A stretch of 64,000 nt of DNA, from NCBI GenBank assembly GCA_910588075.1, contig CAJUOS010000006.1, positions 127 through 64,126 of the forward strand, read 5' to 3'. The number at the start of each line of letters is the position of its first letter. Position 1 is the stretch's first letter. Origin of the DNA: an uncultured Erysipelotrichaceae bacterium (lineage in GTDB: Bacteria; Bacillota_I; Bacilli_A; Erysipelotrichales; Coprobacillaceae). This document shows positions 28,160 through 39,061 of the stretch, in pieces. The translations under genes were made by a program, and so were the position numbers. Below the pieces are notes generated by a model. The model saw nothing but the letters and a program-made list of their open reading frames with translations. It searched no databases and was not told the DNA's origin.

Positions 28160-28286
28160 AACATTCAATATGATTATTTTAAAATGTTATCTATAATGCG
28201 AAAATTGTCATACTATTAAAAAATAGACAATCATTTTTAATGAATAAAGTGTTGAAAGATTAACAGAATAAAGAAAGGAGAAATAT

Positions 28287-30206
28287 ATGGCAATAGCGAA
28301 ATTGAAGTTACTTGAAATTGAGTTTCCTCAAGAAAAGTATGATGCAGTTTTAATGAAACTTGCAAAACTTGATGATTTTCATCCTGAATATGCTTCTCAA
28401 ATTGCTGATTCTGTTCATGGATTATCAGTATTAAATAGAGAAAATCCTTATGCTGATTTAATTACTCGTATGGAAGAAACTAAGGATAAATATCAGGTGA
28501 ATTTACAATGTCAAGATATTGATGATACTAGAATGAATATTATTCAAGCTGATACATTTTTTTGTAATGTATTAGAACAAGCTTCACAATTCGAAAAAGT
28601 CAAAAAAGATTTACAAGAAATGCTTACAGAAAATGAGGCAGCAATCACTCAATTAGAACATATGATTGATTCTGATTTAGATTTTGATAAGTTAGTTGCT
28701 TGTAAATATTTAAAGGTAAGGGTAGGTCGTTTACCAACTATTCATTTAGATAAACTTCAATATTATGGAGCTCAGGAGTTTTTATTTAAAGTATTCCATA
28801 AGGGTGTAAAAGACACATATTGTGGATATATTACAACAAAATTAAAAGCACCAGAAATCGATAATATTTTCTCTTCATTATATTTTGAAAGAACTTATAT
28901 TCCTGAGTTCGTTCATGGTACTGCTGAAGAAGCATTACAAGTATTAAAAGAGGAAGATGAAACAGCAAAAAAATATGTTGTTACTCTTGATGAAAGAATA
29001 AATAAATTATTTGCTGAAAATATAGATGAATTAAATCGTATCTATTCTATTTCTAAGAAATTGAATGAAACATATGATGCTCAAAAATATGTTGTTGTTT
29101 TTGGACAAAATTCAGCAGTATATGGTTTTGCTGAAGAAAAAGCATCACAAAAAATAAAACAAGATTTTGAAACATTAGAAGGTGTTCATGTAGAAGTGAA
29201 ATCAGCAACTGATGATTCACGTTTAACACCACCTACAAAATTAAAAAATAATTGGTTCTCAAAACCATTTCGTATGTTTGTAGAAATGTATGGAATGCCA
29301 TCTTATACAGACTTTGATCCAACTAATTTTGTGGCTATTAGTTATACAATTTTATTTGGTATGATGTTTGGAGATGTAGGTCAAGGTATATTGTTATCCA
29401 TTGTAGGATATATTGCATATAAATTTAAAGGTATGAAACTTGGAGAAGTTGGTATGCGAATTGGTATATCAAGTGCTTTATTTGGGATTTTCTTTGGATC
29501 TGTTTTTGGTAGTGAAGAAATTTTAACACCATTTTTTATACCAATGGAGAAAACAAGTACAATGCCATTATTAATAGCTGCTATTGGTATAGGGGTTACA
29601 CTTATCGTAGTATCTATGGTTATGAATATTATTTTGAATGCGAAAAAGAAGCATATTGCTGAAATGTGTTTTTCTCAAAATGGTATTGCAGGATTGGTTT
29701 TTTATGTTTCTGTTTTACTTTTAGTAGTTAATATGATGATAGAAGGCATTCAAATTCCTTTTATTGGAAGTTTGGCTTATATTGTTATATGTATTGTTGT
29801 TCCAGTGTTATTTATGTTCTTAAAGGAACCTATTGAAAGAAAAATGGAAAATGAATCTTTATTCCCTAATGGATTTGGAGGATTCTTTACTGAATCATTC
29901 TTTGAATTATTTGATATTATGTTAACATTTATTGCTAATACGATGTCATTCTTACGTGTTGGAGGTTTCGTATTATCTCATGCAGGTATGATGTTAGTTG
30001 TTTATACATTAGCTGAAATGGTTAATGGAGGAGAGATTAGTTTATCTATTCCATGTTTATTGGTTTTGGTTTTTGGAAATATTTTCGTTATGGTACTTGA
30101 AGGAATGATTGTTGGTATTCAAGTTCTACGTTTAGAGTTTTATGAAATGTTTTCACGTTATTATGAAGGAAAAGGAAAACCTTTCCTATCTATTAAAGAA
30201 AGATAA
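28287..30206 (+). CDS. ntpI: V/A-type ATPase subunit I (a)
   Basis: 639 aa. Soluble coiled-coil N-half and multi-TM C-half, with the conserved Arg context MSFLRVGGFVLSHAG. Confidence 0.85.
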   Translation: MAIAKLKLLEIEFPQEKYDAVLMKLAKLDDFHPEYASQIADSVHGLSVLNRENPYADLITRMEETKDKYQVNLQCQDIDDTRMNIIQADTFFCNVLEQASQFEKVKKDLQEMLTENEAAITQLEHMIDSDLDFDKLVACKYLKVRVGRLPTIHLDKLQYYGAQEFLFKVFHKGVKDTYCGYITTKLKAPEIDNIFSSLYFERTYIPEFVHGTAEEALQVLKEEDETAKKYVVTLDERINKLFAENIDELNRIYSISKKLNETYDAQKYVVVFGQNSAVYGFAEEKASQKIKQDFETLEGVHVEVKSATDDSRLTPPTKLKNNWFSKPFRMFVEMYGMPSYTDFDPTNFVAISYTILFGMMFGDVGQGILLSIVGYIAYKFKGMKLGEVGMRIGISSALFGIFFGSVFGSEEILTPFFIPMEKTSTMPLLIAAIGIGVTLIVVSMVMNIILNAKKKHIAEMCFSQNGIAGLVFYVSVLLLVVNMMIEGIQIPFIGSLAYIVICIVVPVLFMFLKEPIERKMENESLFPNGFGGFFTESFFELFDIMLTFIANTMSFLRVGGFVLSHAGMMLVVYTLAEMVNGGEISLSIPCLLVLVFGNIFVMVLEGMIVGIQVLRLEFYEMFSRYYEGKGKPFLSIKER

Positions 30207-30230
30207 AGATATATTAGGAGGAAATTTATT

Positions 30231-30659
30231 ATGACTATTTTAACATTTATTTTACCATTAGTTGCTGTTGTTTTATTATCATTACCATTAGTAAGAATGT
30301 TTACTTCTAAAGTAAGTAAAGAAAGTGCTAAATGGCGTTTATTAACTCATGTTGGAGGATTCTTTGGAGCTGTTGCTTTAACATTATGTTTATCAATGAG
30401 TTCAGCATTCGCTGCTGAAGGTTCAGCTATTGTAGGAACATTAGCTCAAGGTTTAGGATTTATTGCTGCTGCTTTAGCAACTGGATGTTCTGCTTTAGGT
30501 GCAGGTATTGCCGTAGCTGCTGCTGCTCCTGCTGCAATTGGTGCATTCTCTGAAAATGATAATAACTTTGGTAAAGCATTAATCTTCGTTGCCTTAGGTG
30601 AAGGTGTTGCTATTTATGGGTTATTAATTTCTATCTTGATTATTAACAATTTAGGTTAA
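30231..30659 (+). CDS. ntpK: V/A-type ATPase proteolipid subunit K (c), single hairpin with a ~60-aa hydrophobic N-terminal extension
   Basis: C-terminal ~80 aa reads GLGFIAAALATGCSALGAGIAVAAAAPAAIGAFSEN...FVALGEGVAIYGLLISILII, one c-type hairpin with the carboxylate Glu. The N-terminal part does not resemble a second hairpin. Confidence 0.8.
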   Translation: MTILTFILPLVAVVLLSLPLVRMFTSKVSKESAKWRLLTHVGGFFGAVALTLCLSMSSAFAAEGSAIVGTLAQGLGFIAAALATGCSALGAGIAVAAAAPAAIGAFSENDNNFGKALIFVALGEGVAIYGLLISILIINNLG

Positions 30660-30684
30660 TTCATAAAAAGAAAGGTCTGATTAT

Positions 30685-30993
30685 ATGAAATTTTTCTTAA
30701 TCAGCGATAATATAGACACATTGATGGGATTAAGACTTGTTGGAATTGAAGGAAAGGTTGTTCATACAAGGAAGCATTTTCTTGAAACACTTCAAGAAAA
30801 AATGAAAGATGAATCAATTGCTATTATTTTAGTAACAACAAAGTTAATTGAAATGTGTCCAGATATTATATCTGAGATAAAATTAAAACAACAAAAACCT
30901 TTAATTACTGAGATACCTGATCGTCATGGAAATTCTAAAATTGGTGAGACTATTGATGGTTATGTATCAGAAGCAATTGGAGTGAAGTTATAG
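30685..30993 (+). CDS. V/A-type ATPase subunit F
   Basis: 102 aa. The pattern MKFFLISDNIDTLMGLRLVGIEG...IILVT is typical of subunit F. Confidence 0.8.
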   Translation: MKFFLISDNIDTLMGLRLVGIEGKVVHTRKHFLETLQEKMKDESIAIILVTTKLIEMCPDIISEIKLKQQKPLITEIPDRHGNSKIGETIDGYVSEAIGVKL

Positions 30994-31005
30994 GAGAATA
31001 TGATT

Positions 31006-31599
31006 ATGCAAAATATTGATCAAGTATTTCTCTATATGAAAGATGAAATTGAAAGAGAAGCAAGTAATGAGGAAAAGGCTATTTTAGATGAAGTGAAAGC
31101 TTTGGAAGAAGATATTTATGAGTCTATGAAAGCAGAAGCTCAAAAAGATGCTGATTTAAAGATGAAACAAGAGATTGAAGAAATGACTTCTAATGCTTCT
31201 ACTGAGATTTCTGAAAGTCATATTGAAAGAACAAAAAAACTAATTGAAAAAAGAGATGGATATGTTAAGACTATTTTTAATGAAGCATTTGAAAAATTAG
31301 TAGCTTTTACAAATAGTGATGATTATGTGTCTTTTATGTTTGCAAAAGTGAAAAAAATTGCTAATAACTTTAATGAAGATTCTGTAATGTATATTGCAGA
31401 AAAAGATTTAAAAATGAAAGATGAATTGATTAAAGTTTTTGGTAAAAATATTAAAGTTGAAGTGAGTAGTGAAATTATAATAGGTGGCTTTATTGTTGAG
31501 AATAGAGATTTACATCTTATTGTAGATGAAACATTAGACTTTGCTTTAAATAATCAAAAAGAATGGTTTAATAAAAATTCTGGATTAATTATAAAATAA
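31006..31599 (+). CDS. ntpE: V/A-type ATPase subunit E
   Basis: Long N-terminal charged helix plus globular C-domain (GGFIVEN). The second ATG is preferred because of its spacing from AGGAGA. Confidence 0.7.
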   Translation: MQNIDQVFLYMKDEIEREASNEEKAILDEVKALEEDIYESMKAEAQKDADLKMKQEIEEMTSNASTEISESHIERTKKLIEKRDGYVKTIFNEAFEKLVAFTNSDDYVSFMFAKVKKIANNFNEDSVMYIAEKDLKMKDELIKVFGKNIKVEVSSEIIIGGFIVENRDLHLIVDETLDFALNNQKEWFNKNSGLIIK

Positions 31600-31618
31600 A
31601 AACAAGGGGGATTAAAGA

Positions 31619-33370
31619 ATGACTGAAAATGTAATTTATTCAATCAATGGTCCCGTTGTTACAGTAAAAGATACTGATGCCTTTTCAATGTTAGAAATGG
31701 TATATGTTGGAAATGCAAGATTGATTGGAGAAGTTATTTCAATTAAAAAAGAATTTACAACAATCCAAGTCTATGAAACGACAACAGGATTAAAACCAGG
31801 TGAACCTGTTTATCCAACAGGACAACCTATTTCTGTAACTCTTGGACCTGGTATTTTAAGAAATATCTTTGATGGGATTGAAAGACCCCTAGAAGAAATC
31901 GCAAAGGAATCTGGTTCATTTATTCCAACAGGTAGTCATGTTGACCCACTTGATAAGGAAAAACTGTGGGATGTAACTATGGTTGCTAAAGTGGGTGATC
32001 AAGTTGTAGGTGGAGATGTTTATGCAACTATTCCGGAGACTGATTTGATTGTTCACAAATGTATGGTATCGCCATATACAAAAGGAAAAGTTATTGATGT
32101 TGCACCATCGGGTCAATATAAAATTGATGATGTTATTATGAAGATTGAAACTGAAAATGGACAAATTGTTGATTGTACATTAACACAAAAATGGCCAATC
32201 AAACAACCAAGACCAGTATCAAAACGTTTACCAATTTCAATGCCACTTGTTACTGGACAACGTGTCATAGATACATTATTTCCAATAGCTAAAGGTGGAA
32301 CTGCAGCTATTCCAGGAGGATTTGGAACTGGAAAGACAATGACACAACATCAGTTAGCAAAATGGTGTGATGCAGATATTATTGTTTATGTTGGTTGTGG
32401 AGAACGTGGTAATGAAATGACACAAGTTCTTGAAGAATTTAGAGAATTGATTGACCCTAAATCAAACAAACCTTTAACTGATAGAACTGTATTGATTGCT
32501 AATACATCAAATATGCCAGTAGCAGCTCGTGAAGCTTCGATATATACTGGAGTAACATTAGCAGAGTATTATAGAGACATGGGATATCATGTTGCTATTA
32601 TGGCTGATTCAACTTCACGTTGGGCTGAAGCATTACGTGAAATTTCTGGACGTTTGGAAGAAATGCCAGCTGAAGAAGGATTCCCTGCATATTTACCATC
32701 ACGTTTATCACAATTCTATGAACGTGCTGGATATATGGATAATTTGAATGGAACAAAAGGTTCAGTAACAATTATTGGTGCAGTATCTCCACAAGGTTCT
32801 GATTTTTCTGAGCCTGTAACTCAAAATACAAAACGTTTTGTGCGTACATTCTGGGCATTAGATAAAGCATTAGCTTATGCACGTCATTATTTTGCAATTA
32901 ACTGGAATCAAAGCTATAGTGAGTATGTTCCTGATTTAGCAAGATGGTTTAATAAGAATGTAGATTCTAAATTTTTAAGAGATCGTCAAGAATTATCTAG
33001 TATTCTTGCTGAAGAAACTAAATTAATGGAAATTGTTAAATTAATGGGATCAGATGTTTTACCAGATGATCAAAAATTAATTATTGAAATAGCAAAGGTT
33101 GTTCGTGTTGGTTATTTACAACAAAATGCTTTCCATCCTGATGATACTTATGTACCATTAGAAAAACAATTAAAAATGATGGAAGTTATCTTATATTTAT
33201 ATAAACGTGGTAAAGAAGTTATTAATACTGGTAAACCAATTCGTTTAATTTTGGAAACAGGTATTTTTGATAAAGTGATTAAAATGAAATATGATGTTCC
33301 AAATAAAAACTTAGAATTATTTGACGAATATTATAAGGATATTGATGCAGCAGTTGCATCTATTGACTAA
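31619..33370 (+). CDS. ntpA: V/A-type ATPase catalytic subunit A
   Basis: Walker [31 protein letters not shown]. Confidence 0.95.
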   Translation: MTENVIYSINGPVVTVKDTDAFSMLEMVYVGNARLIGEVISIKKEFTTIQVYETTTGLKPGEPVYPTGQPISVTLGPGILRNIFDGIERPLEEIAKESGSFIPTGSHVDPLDKEKLWDVTMVAKVGDQVVGGDVYATIPETDLIVHKCMVSPYTKGKVIDVAPSGQYKIDDVIMKIETENGQIVDCTLTQKWPIKQPRPVSKRLPISMPLVTGQRVIDTLFPIAKGGTAAIPGGFGTGKTMTQHQLAKWCDADIIVYVGCGERGNEMTQVLEEFRELIDPKSNKPLTDRTVLIANTSNMPVAAREASIYTGVTLAEYYRDMGYHVAIMADSTSRWAEALREISGRLEEMPAEEGFPAYLPSRLSQFYERAGYMDNLNGTKGSVTIIGAVSPQGSDFSEPVTQNTKRFVRTFWALDKALAYARHYFAINWNQSYSEYVPDLARWFNKNVDSKFLRDRQELSSILAEETKLMEIVKLMGSDVLPDDQKLIIEIAKVVRVGYLQQNAFHPDDTYVPLEKQLKMMEVILYLYKRGKEVINTGKPIRLILETGIFDKVIKMKYDVPNKNLELFDEYYKDIDAAVASID

Positions 33371-33384
33371 AGGAGGAGTATGTT

Positions 33385-34833
33385 ATGAGTCTTCAATATA
33401 TAGGGTTGAATGAAATTAACGGTCCATTAGTTGTATTAGATCATGTAAAAGATGCATCATATGACGAAATGGTTGAATTACAATGTAAAGATGGTTCTAC
33501 TCGTTTAGGACGTATAGTTCAAATAGAAGGAGAGAGAGTAGTTGTTCAAGTCTTTGAAGGAACAAATTCATTATCTCTATCTAATACAAAAACAAGATTA
33601 TTGGGGCATCCAATGGAATTACCTGTATCTAAAGAAATTTTAGGGCGTGTTTTTTCAGGAGCTGGAAAACCTATTGATGGGTTAGGAGATATCTATGCTG
33701 AAAAATCTATGGATATTAATGGACAACCATTGAATCCAGTTGCACGTGTATATCCAAGAAATTATATTAATACAGGAATTTCTTCTATTGATTGTTTAAC
33801 AACACTTATTCGTGGACAAAAGTTACCTATTTTTTCAGGGTCTGGGTTACCACATAATCAATTAGCAGTACAAATTGTTAAACAAGCAAAAGTTGCTGAC
33901 GATGAAGGAAAAGGTTTTGGAGTTGTCTTTGCAGCAATGGGGGTAACAAATGACGTTGCTGATTATTTTAGACGTTCATTTGAAGAAGCTGGAGTTATGC
34001 AAAGGGTTGTTATGTTCCTTAACTTATCAAATGATCCAATTATTGAACGTATTTTAACACCAAGATGTGCTTTAACAGCAGCTGAATATTTAGCATTTGA
34101 ACATAATATGCATATATTGGTTATTTATACTGATGTTACATCATATTGTGAAGCATTACGTGAATTCTCATCAAGTAAAGGAGAGATTCCAGGACGTAAA
34201 GGATATCCAGGATATTTATATTCTGATTTAGCTTCTTTGTATGAAAGAGCTGGGATTGCTAAATCTGCACAAGGTTCAGTTACACAAATTCCAATCCTTA
34301 CAATGCCTAACAATGATATAACACATCCTGTTCCGGATTTAACAGGATATATTACAGAAGGACAAATTACACTTGATTCTGAATTAAATGCAATGGGGAT
34401 TTATCCTCCAGTTAGTGTTCTGCCATCATTATCTCGTTTAATGAAAGATGGTATTGGTGAAGGATATACAAGGGCAGATCATTCAGCTGTTTCTAACCAA
34501 TTATTTGCAGCTTATGCCCATGTTCAAGATGTAAAAGCATTAACATCTGTTATTGGTGAAGATGAATTATCTGTTATTGATAAAAAATATATGGAATTTG
34601 GACGTTTGTTTGAAAAACACTTTGTTAATCAAGGATTCAATACAAATAGATCTATTGAAGAAACTCTTGATTTAGGATGGACATTATTATCTGTTCTTCC
34701 AAAGAGTGAATTAGACCGTATTGATAATGCTGTATTAGAACAATTCTATAATCATGAAAAAGCTGTAACTCAATTTGGTCTTTTAGAAGATGATACAATT
34801 AGAGAGTTACAACAGGCAGTAAATAATGGCTAA
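33385..34833 (+). CDS. ntpB: V/A-type ATPase subunit B
   Basis: Motifs [22 protein letters not shown] and [10 protein letters not shown] are typical of subunit B. Confidence 0.95.
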   Translation: MSLQYIGLNEINGPLVVLDHVKDASYDEMVELQCKDGSTRLGRIVQIEGERVVVQVFEGTNSLSLSNTKTRLLGHPMELPVSKEILGRVFSGAGKPIDGLGDIYAEKSMDINGQPLNPVARVYPRNYINTGISSIDCLTTLIRGQKLPIFSGSGLPHNQLAVQIVKQAKVADDEGKGFGVVFAAMGVTNDVADYFRRSFEEAGVMQRVVMFLNLSNDPIIERILTPRCALTAAEYLAFEHNMHILVIYTDVTSYCEALREFSSSKGEIPGRKGYPGYLYSDLASLYERAGIAKSAQGSVTQIPILTMPNNDITHPVPDLTGYITEGQITLDSELNAMGIYPPVSVLPSLSRLMKDGIGEGYTRADHSAVSNQLFAAYAHVQDVKALTSVIGEDELSVIDKKYMEFGRLFEKHFVNQGFNTNRSIEETLDLGWTLLSVLPKSELDRIDNAVLEQFYNHEKAVTQFGLLEDDTIRELQQAVNNG

Positions 34834-35458
34834 TCAAGTTTTTCCTACAAAAGGAAATCTTATGGCAACCAAAAAGTCATTAGAACTTGCATATTTAGGT
34901 TATGACTTGATGGATAAAAAAAGAAATGTTCTAATTAAAGAAATGATGAGTCTACTAGATGATGTTAAAGAAATAAGAAATGAAATTACTGATTCTTATG
35001 AAAAAGCATATTATGCACTTCAAGAAGCCAATATGTCTTTAGGTATTATTAGTGATATTGTCGAAGCTGTTCCTATTGATACAGGAATTAGTGTTACTTA
35101 TCGTAGTGTCATGGGAGTAGAAATTCCTAAAGTTATGTATAAAAAAACACCTCTTCGCTTAGGATATGGATTTGAGCGTGCTAATTCTAAAGTGGATTAT
35201 GCATATAGATGTTTCTATCATGTTAAAGAATTAACAGTAAAATTAGCAGAAATAGAAAATGCAGTATATCGTTTAGCCAATGCTATTCGTAAAACACAAA
35301 AAAGAGCAAATGCTCTTCAGAATATCTCTATTCCTGAGTTTGAAGCAACTGTTAAATTTATTAGCGAGGCTCTAGATGAAAAGGAAAGAGAAGAATTTTC
35401 AAGACAAAAAGTCATCAAAGCTCAAAAAGATAAACAAGACATGTTAAAAAAGCAATAA
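34826..35458 (+). CDS. ntpD: V/A-type ATPase subunit D
   Basis: [30 protein letters not shown] is the characteristic subunit D N-terminus. Overlaps the B gene by 8 nt. Confidence 0.85.
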   Translation: MANQVFPTKGNLMATKKSLELAYLGYDLMDKKRNVLIKEMMSLLDDVKEIRNEITDSYEKAYYALQEANMSLGIISDIVEAVPIDTGISVTYRSVMGVEIPKVMYKKTPLRLGYGFERANSKVDYAYRCFYHVKELTVKLAEIENAVYRLANAIRKTQKRANALQNISIPEFEATVKFISEALDEKEREEFSRQKVIKAQKDKQDMLKKQ

Positions 35459-35487
35459 GATATTTGAAATCTTATTGCTTTTTTTAA
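35449..35487 (+). terminator. Rho-independent terminator of the V-ATPase operon
   Basis: 11-bp stem AAGCAATAAGA/TCTTATTGCTT followed by TTTTTT. Confidence 0.8.
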
Positions 35488-35569
35488 GAAATTCTTAATC
35501 ATTTTTTAATGAATACTTAGAAAATTTATAGATAGTTTTATTATATAATCATAATATGGAGATGATTAT

Positions 35570-35980
35570 ATGAAAAAGAAAATATTAATGATGAGTATAT
35601 TGTTATTAAATTGTTTAATTATGTGGTTTCCATGGTTTAAAACAATGGATGGAAATAGAAATATACATGGATTAATTATGTTAAAGAATCCCATTGCCTT
35701 GACTTGTTTGATATTATGCTTTATTGGAATATGGATAAAACATCAATATAGTGAAATTTTTGAAACTATTGGTTGGATAGGAATGATGACAATGCAAATC
35801 TATGAATTTTTAACATGGCATATTAGAATATCAGGAGGAAGTATTGATTTTCAATTGAGTTGTCAATTAACATATTCTTATTTTTATTTAGCAGTTTTTA
35901 TTTCTATGATTTCATATATTATATACAAGTTTATTTTAGGTAGATTAAAATTTGAACAAGAATATATAGTTTATGTATAG
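35570..35980 (+). CDS. Hypothetical integral membrane protein (4 TM)
   Basis: Hydrophobic segments and a GGAGATG-type RBS. No recognised family. Confidence 0.5.
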   Translation: MKKKILMMSILLLNCLIMWFPWFKTMDGNRNIHGLIMLKNPIALTCLILCFIGIWIKHQYSEIFETIGWIGMMTMQIYEFLTWHIRISGGSIDFQLSCQLTYSYFYLAVFISMISYIIYKFILGRLKFEQEYIVYV

Positions 35981-36002
35981 AACTCTAAAATATTTGAGTA
36001 TT

Positions 36003-37799
36003 TTAGAATTCAAGTTCAATTTGATATATTTTTCCCCATAAATAGATTTGGTAGAAATAAGCCATAAGTTGAGGACCCATCATAAGTTGACCAAACCATG
36101 GAGATTGGAAACTCTTTCCTTCACTTTCAACAAATTCAATCAGTTTATCTTTATCAAAAAATGAATAAAGAATATTAGAAGAATCAGATAATGATTCTTT
36201 TAATTTATGAGAGATAATTTGCGTATAAATTGGTGAATGAGTTTTAGGATAAGGATTCTTTTTTCTATGAGCTATATCTTCTGGTAAAAATTCTTCAAAA
36301 GCTTTTCGTAAAATTCCTTTCTCTTCATCACCATAAAACATATATTCAACAGGCATATTATAAAGATATTGTAATATCTTTGTAGATGCAAATGGAACTC
36401 TGACTTCGATAGATGAACGCATCGTTTGACTATCTGCTCGTGTCAGTAATGTTTGCATAAACCATTCTGTATTTAAATAAATCAATTGTTTTTTCTTATC
36501 TTTAGTATGAATTTCATCTAATGATTGACGATATCTTTGTATAATATAATCTTTTAAATTCAAACTTTTAACTTTTTCATTAAATAAATCCATTTTTAAA
36601 TCTAAATCTCTCATCCATGGAAAATAAGGTTGACTATATAATTCAGCTTTATAAAACCAAGGGTAACCTCCAAATATTTCATCAGCACATTCTCCTGATA
36701 AACAAACTTTATGATTTTGAGATATTTTTTTAGAAAATAATAAGAAACTAGAATCAACATCTGCCATACCAGGCATATCTCGTGCTATTAAAGAAGTCTT
36801 TAAAGAATTAACTAACTCTTCTTGTGATAAAATAATTTTATGATGATCAGTTTGATAACGTTCAACCATTTCATTGATATATTCATCATCCATTGTTGTT
36901 TGATAATCATAAGATTGAAAATATTTTTCTTGATCTTCATAAGTGATACTATAAGTTGATAAATCTTGAATATATTGACTTGCTATAGCAGTAATAATAC
37001 TTGAATCTAATCCACCAGATAACATTGTTGACAATGGAACATCACTTAATAACTGCTTTTGAACACTATCAATAACTAAATGTCTTACTTTTTGTATAGT
37101 TTGAGCTAAGTTATCAGTATGTGTTTTATCCTTTAGCATCCAATAACGACAAATATGAGGTTTATCATTAAAATACATATAGTGTCCTGGTCTTAAAGAA
37201 TATATATTTTTATAAATAGTATGACCTGGTGTTAAACTTGGTCCAAGCCCTAAGAGTTCTTTCACACCATTTTTATCAACAACAGCCTTACCAATATAGC
37301 TAAGTAAACATTTCATTTCACTTGCAGCAATAATTGTATGGTTTATTATAGTATAATAGAGTGGTTTAACACCTAAAGGATCTCTAGCAAGAAATAATTT
37401 TTCACCATCATCAATAGCAAAAGCAAAAATACCTTCTAAATAATCAAGACATTTTTCTTTCCAAGCAATATAACTAGCTAATAAAACTTCAGTATCGCTT
37501 GTTGTAGAAAAAGTAAATCCTAATTCAAGTAATTTGTTTTTAAGTGCTATCATATTATAAATTTCACCATTATACGTAATATGATATGTCTTTCCTTGAT
37601 AAGTATAGCTCAAAGGTTGATTACCAGTTTTTAAATCAATAATAGAAAGTCTACGATGTGCCATTATACAATGTTTATTCCATAAAAAATCTTCATTATC
37701 AGGACCACGATATTTTAATAAAGAGGTCATTTTTTTGATTTTATCATCATTTTTTGATAATTCTTCTAAATAATTTCCAACAACAACTATTCCACACAT
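36003..37799 (-). CDS. asnB: Asparagine synthase (glutamine-hydrolysing)
   Basis: Start set at MCGIV, the N-terminal nucleophile Cys of class-II amidotransferases. Pyrophosphatase loop LSGGLDSS. Confidence 0.9.
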   Translation of the reverse strand: MCGIVVVGNYLEELSKNDDKIKKMTSLLKYRGPDNEDFLWNKHCIMAHRRLSIIDLKTGNQPLSYTYQGKTYHITYNGEIYNMIALKNKLLELGFTFSTTSDTEVLLASYIAWKEKCLDYLEGIFAFAIDDGEKLFLARDPLGVKPLYYTIINHTIIAASEMKCLLSYIGKAVVDKNGVKELLGLGPSLTPGHTIYKNIYSLRPGHYMYFNDKPHICRYWMLKDKTHTDNLAQTIQKVRHLVIDSVQKQLLSDVPLSTMLSGGLDSSIITAIASQYIQDLSTYSITYEDQEKYFQSYDYQTTMDDEYINEMVERYQTDHHKIILSQEELVNSLKTSLIARDMPGMADVDSSFLLFSKKISQNHKVCLSGECADEIFGGYPWFYKAELYSQPYFPWMRDLDLKMDLFNEKVKSLNLKDYIIQRYRQSLDEIHTKDKKKQLIYLNTEWFMQTLLTRADSQTMRSSIEVRVPFASTKILQYLYNMPVEYMFYGDEEKGILRKAFEEFLPEDIAHRKKNPYPKTHSPIYTQIISHKLKESLSDSSNILYSFFDKDKLIEFVESEGKSFQSPWFGQLMMGPQLMAYFYQIYLWGKIYQIELEF

Positions 37800-37924
37800 A
37801 TATTTCACCCTTTAAATCCTATGAGAAATTTTATAAAAATATGATAGAAAAGTAAGAAAAAATAAGTATAAAGTTGAGACGCATACATATCTGTTTCATG
37901 TTATGATGTGTGTGGGTGATAAAG

Positions 37925-39061
37925 ATGGAATGTCCAAGATGTCATAACCGAGATAATCGTTATCTATATGAATATTTAGGAGAATATTATTGTCGAAAAT
38001 GTATTATGTTTTCCAGAGTAAAAACGAAAGATTTTCATCTTACAAAGAGAATAAAGTATCCTTATCAAAATGTATCTTATTCTCTTGATTTTGAACTTTC
38101 TTCAAAACAATTAGAAATTTCACATCAGTTATTAAAGAATTATAAAGAAAAGAAAAATTCTTTTGTTTGGGCTGTATGTGGGAGTGGTAAAACGGAAATT
38201 GTGTTTGAGGTTATTCAATATGCTTTAAATCAAGGAGAACGTGTATGTTTTTGTATACCAAGAAAGGAATTGGTTAAAGAGTTATATCAAAGGATACAAT
38301 CATGTTTTCAAAACATAGAAATAGGTTTATTATATGGTGGATATGAAAAAAGGAAAGATGCTCAGTTTATCATATGTACAATGCACCAATTATATAAATT
38401 TGAAAATGATATTGGGTTTGATTTGATGATTTCTGATGAAGTTGATGCTTTCCCATTTTATGGAAATGATATTTTAGAAAAGATATTTTCGCAATGTTGC
38501 TTAGGAACATTTATTAAATTAAGTGCTACCTTTACCCAAGAAGATATTCAAGGTGGAGAATTATTGGTGATGAATAAGAGATACCATAATATTGATTTAC
38601 CAATACCAAAGAAAGTCATATGTCCTTATTGGTTACAAAAGTGGTTCCTTCTTCTTATATTATTACAAAAGAGAAAGAGATGGATTGTATATGTTCCAAC
38701 AATTCATTTAGTGAAAGAAATTGTTGGTTTTTTAAATCTGTTTATAAAGAATGTGCAAGGAGTTTCCTCTCAATCGTTAAATAGTCAAATATATCTTCAG
38801 CATTTGAGAGAATCTTCTCAATATGTTCTTGTATCAACCACTTTATTAGAAAGAGGAATAACAATAGAAAATGTTCATGTGATTGTTTTCAATGGTGAAC
38901 ATCAGATATTTGATGAAAGAACACTTATTCAAATAGCAGGTAGAGTTGGTAGGAAGCCTCAATACCCTTCAGGGGATATTTATTTTTTAACATCATCTCA
39001 AACAAAGGCTATTAGACAATGTATCAAAACAATCAAAAGACTCAATCAAATGAATGTTTAA
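37925..39061 (+). CDS. comFA: ComFA-like DEAD/DEAH-box helicase (competence protein)
   Basis: N-terminal CPRC...CRKC zinc ribbon, Walker A CGSGKTE, DEVD box, TTLLERGIT and AGRVGR motifs. Confidence 0.8.
   Translation: MECPRCHNRDNRYLYEYLGEYYCRKCIMFSRVKTKDFHLTKRIKYPYQNVSYSLDFELSSKQLEISHQLLKNYKEKKNSFVWAVCGSGKTEIVFEVIQYALNQGERVCFCIPRKELVKELYQRIQSCFQNIEIGLLYGGYEKRKDAQFIICTMHQLYKFENDIGFDLMISDEVDAFPFYGNDILEKIFSQCCLGTFIKLSATFTQEDIQGGELLVMNKRYHNIDLPIPKKVICPYWLQKWFLLLILLQKRKRWIVYVPTIHLVKEIVGFLNLFIKNVQGVSSQSLNSQIYLQHLRESSQYVLVSTTLLERGITIENVHVIVFNGEHQIFDERTLIQIAGRVGRKPQYPSGDIYFLTSSQTKAIRQCIKTIKRLNQMNV

Noticed and set aside
28160-28286. 127-nt gap inside the V-ATPase operon, examined for an sRNA or attenuator
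   Set aside because: It has only a 6-bp stem (ATTGTC/GACAAT) and a weak promoter-like box, with no conserved RNA motif recognisable. It is mentioned under the operon finding only.
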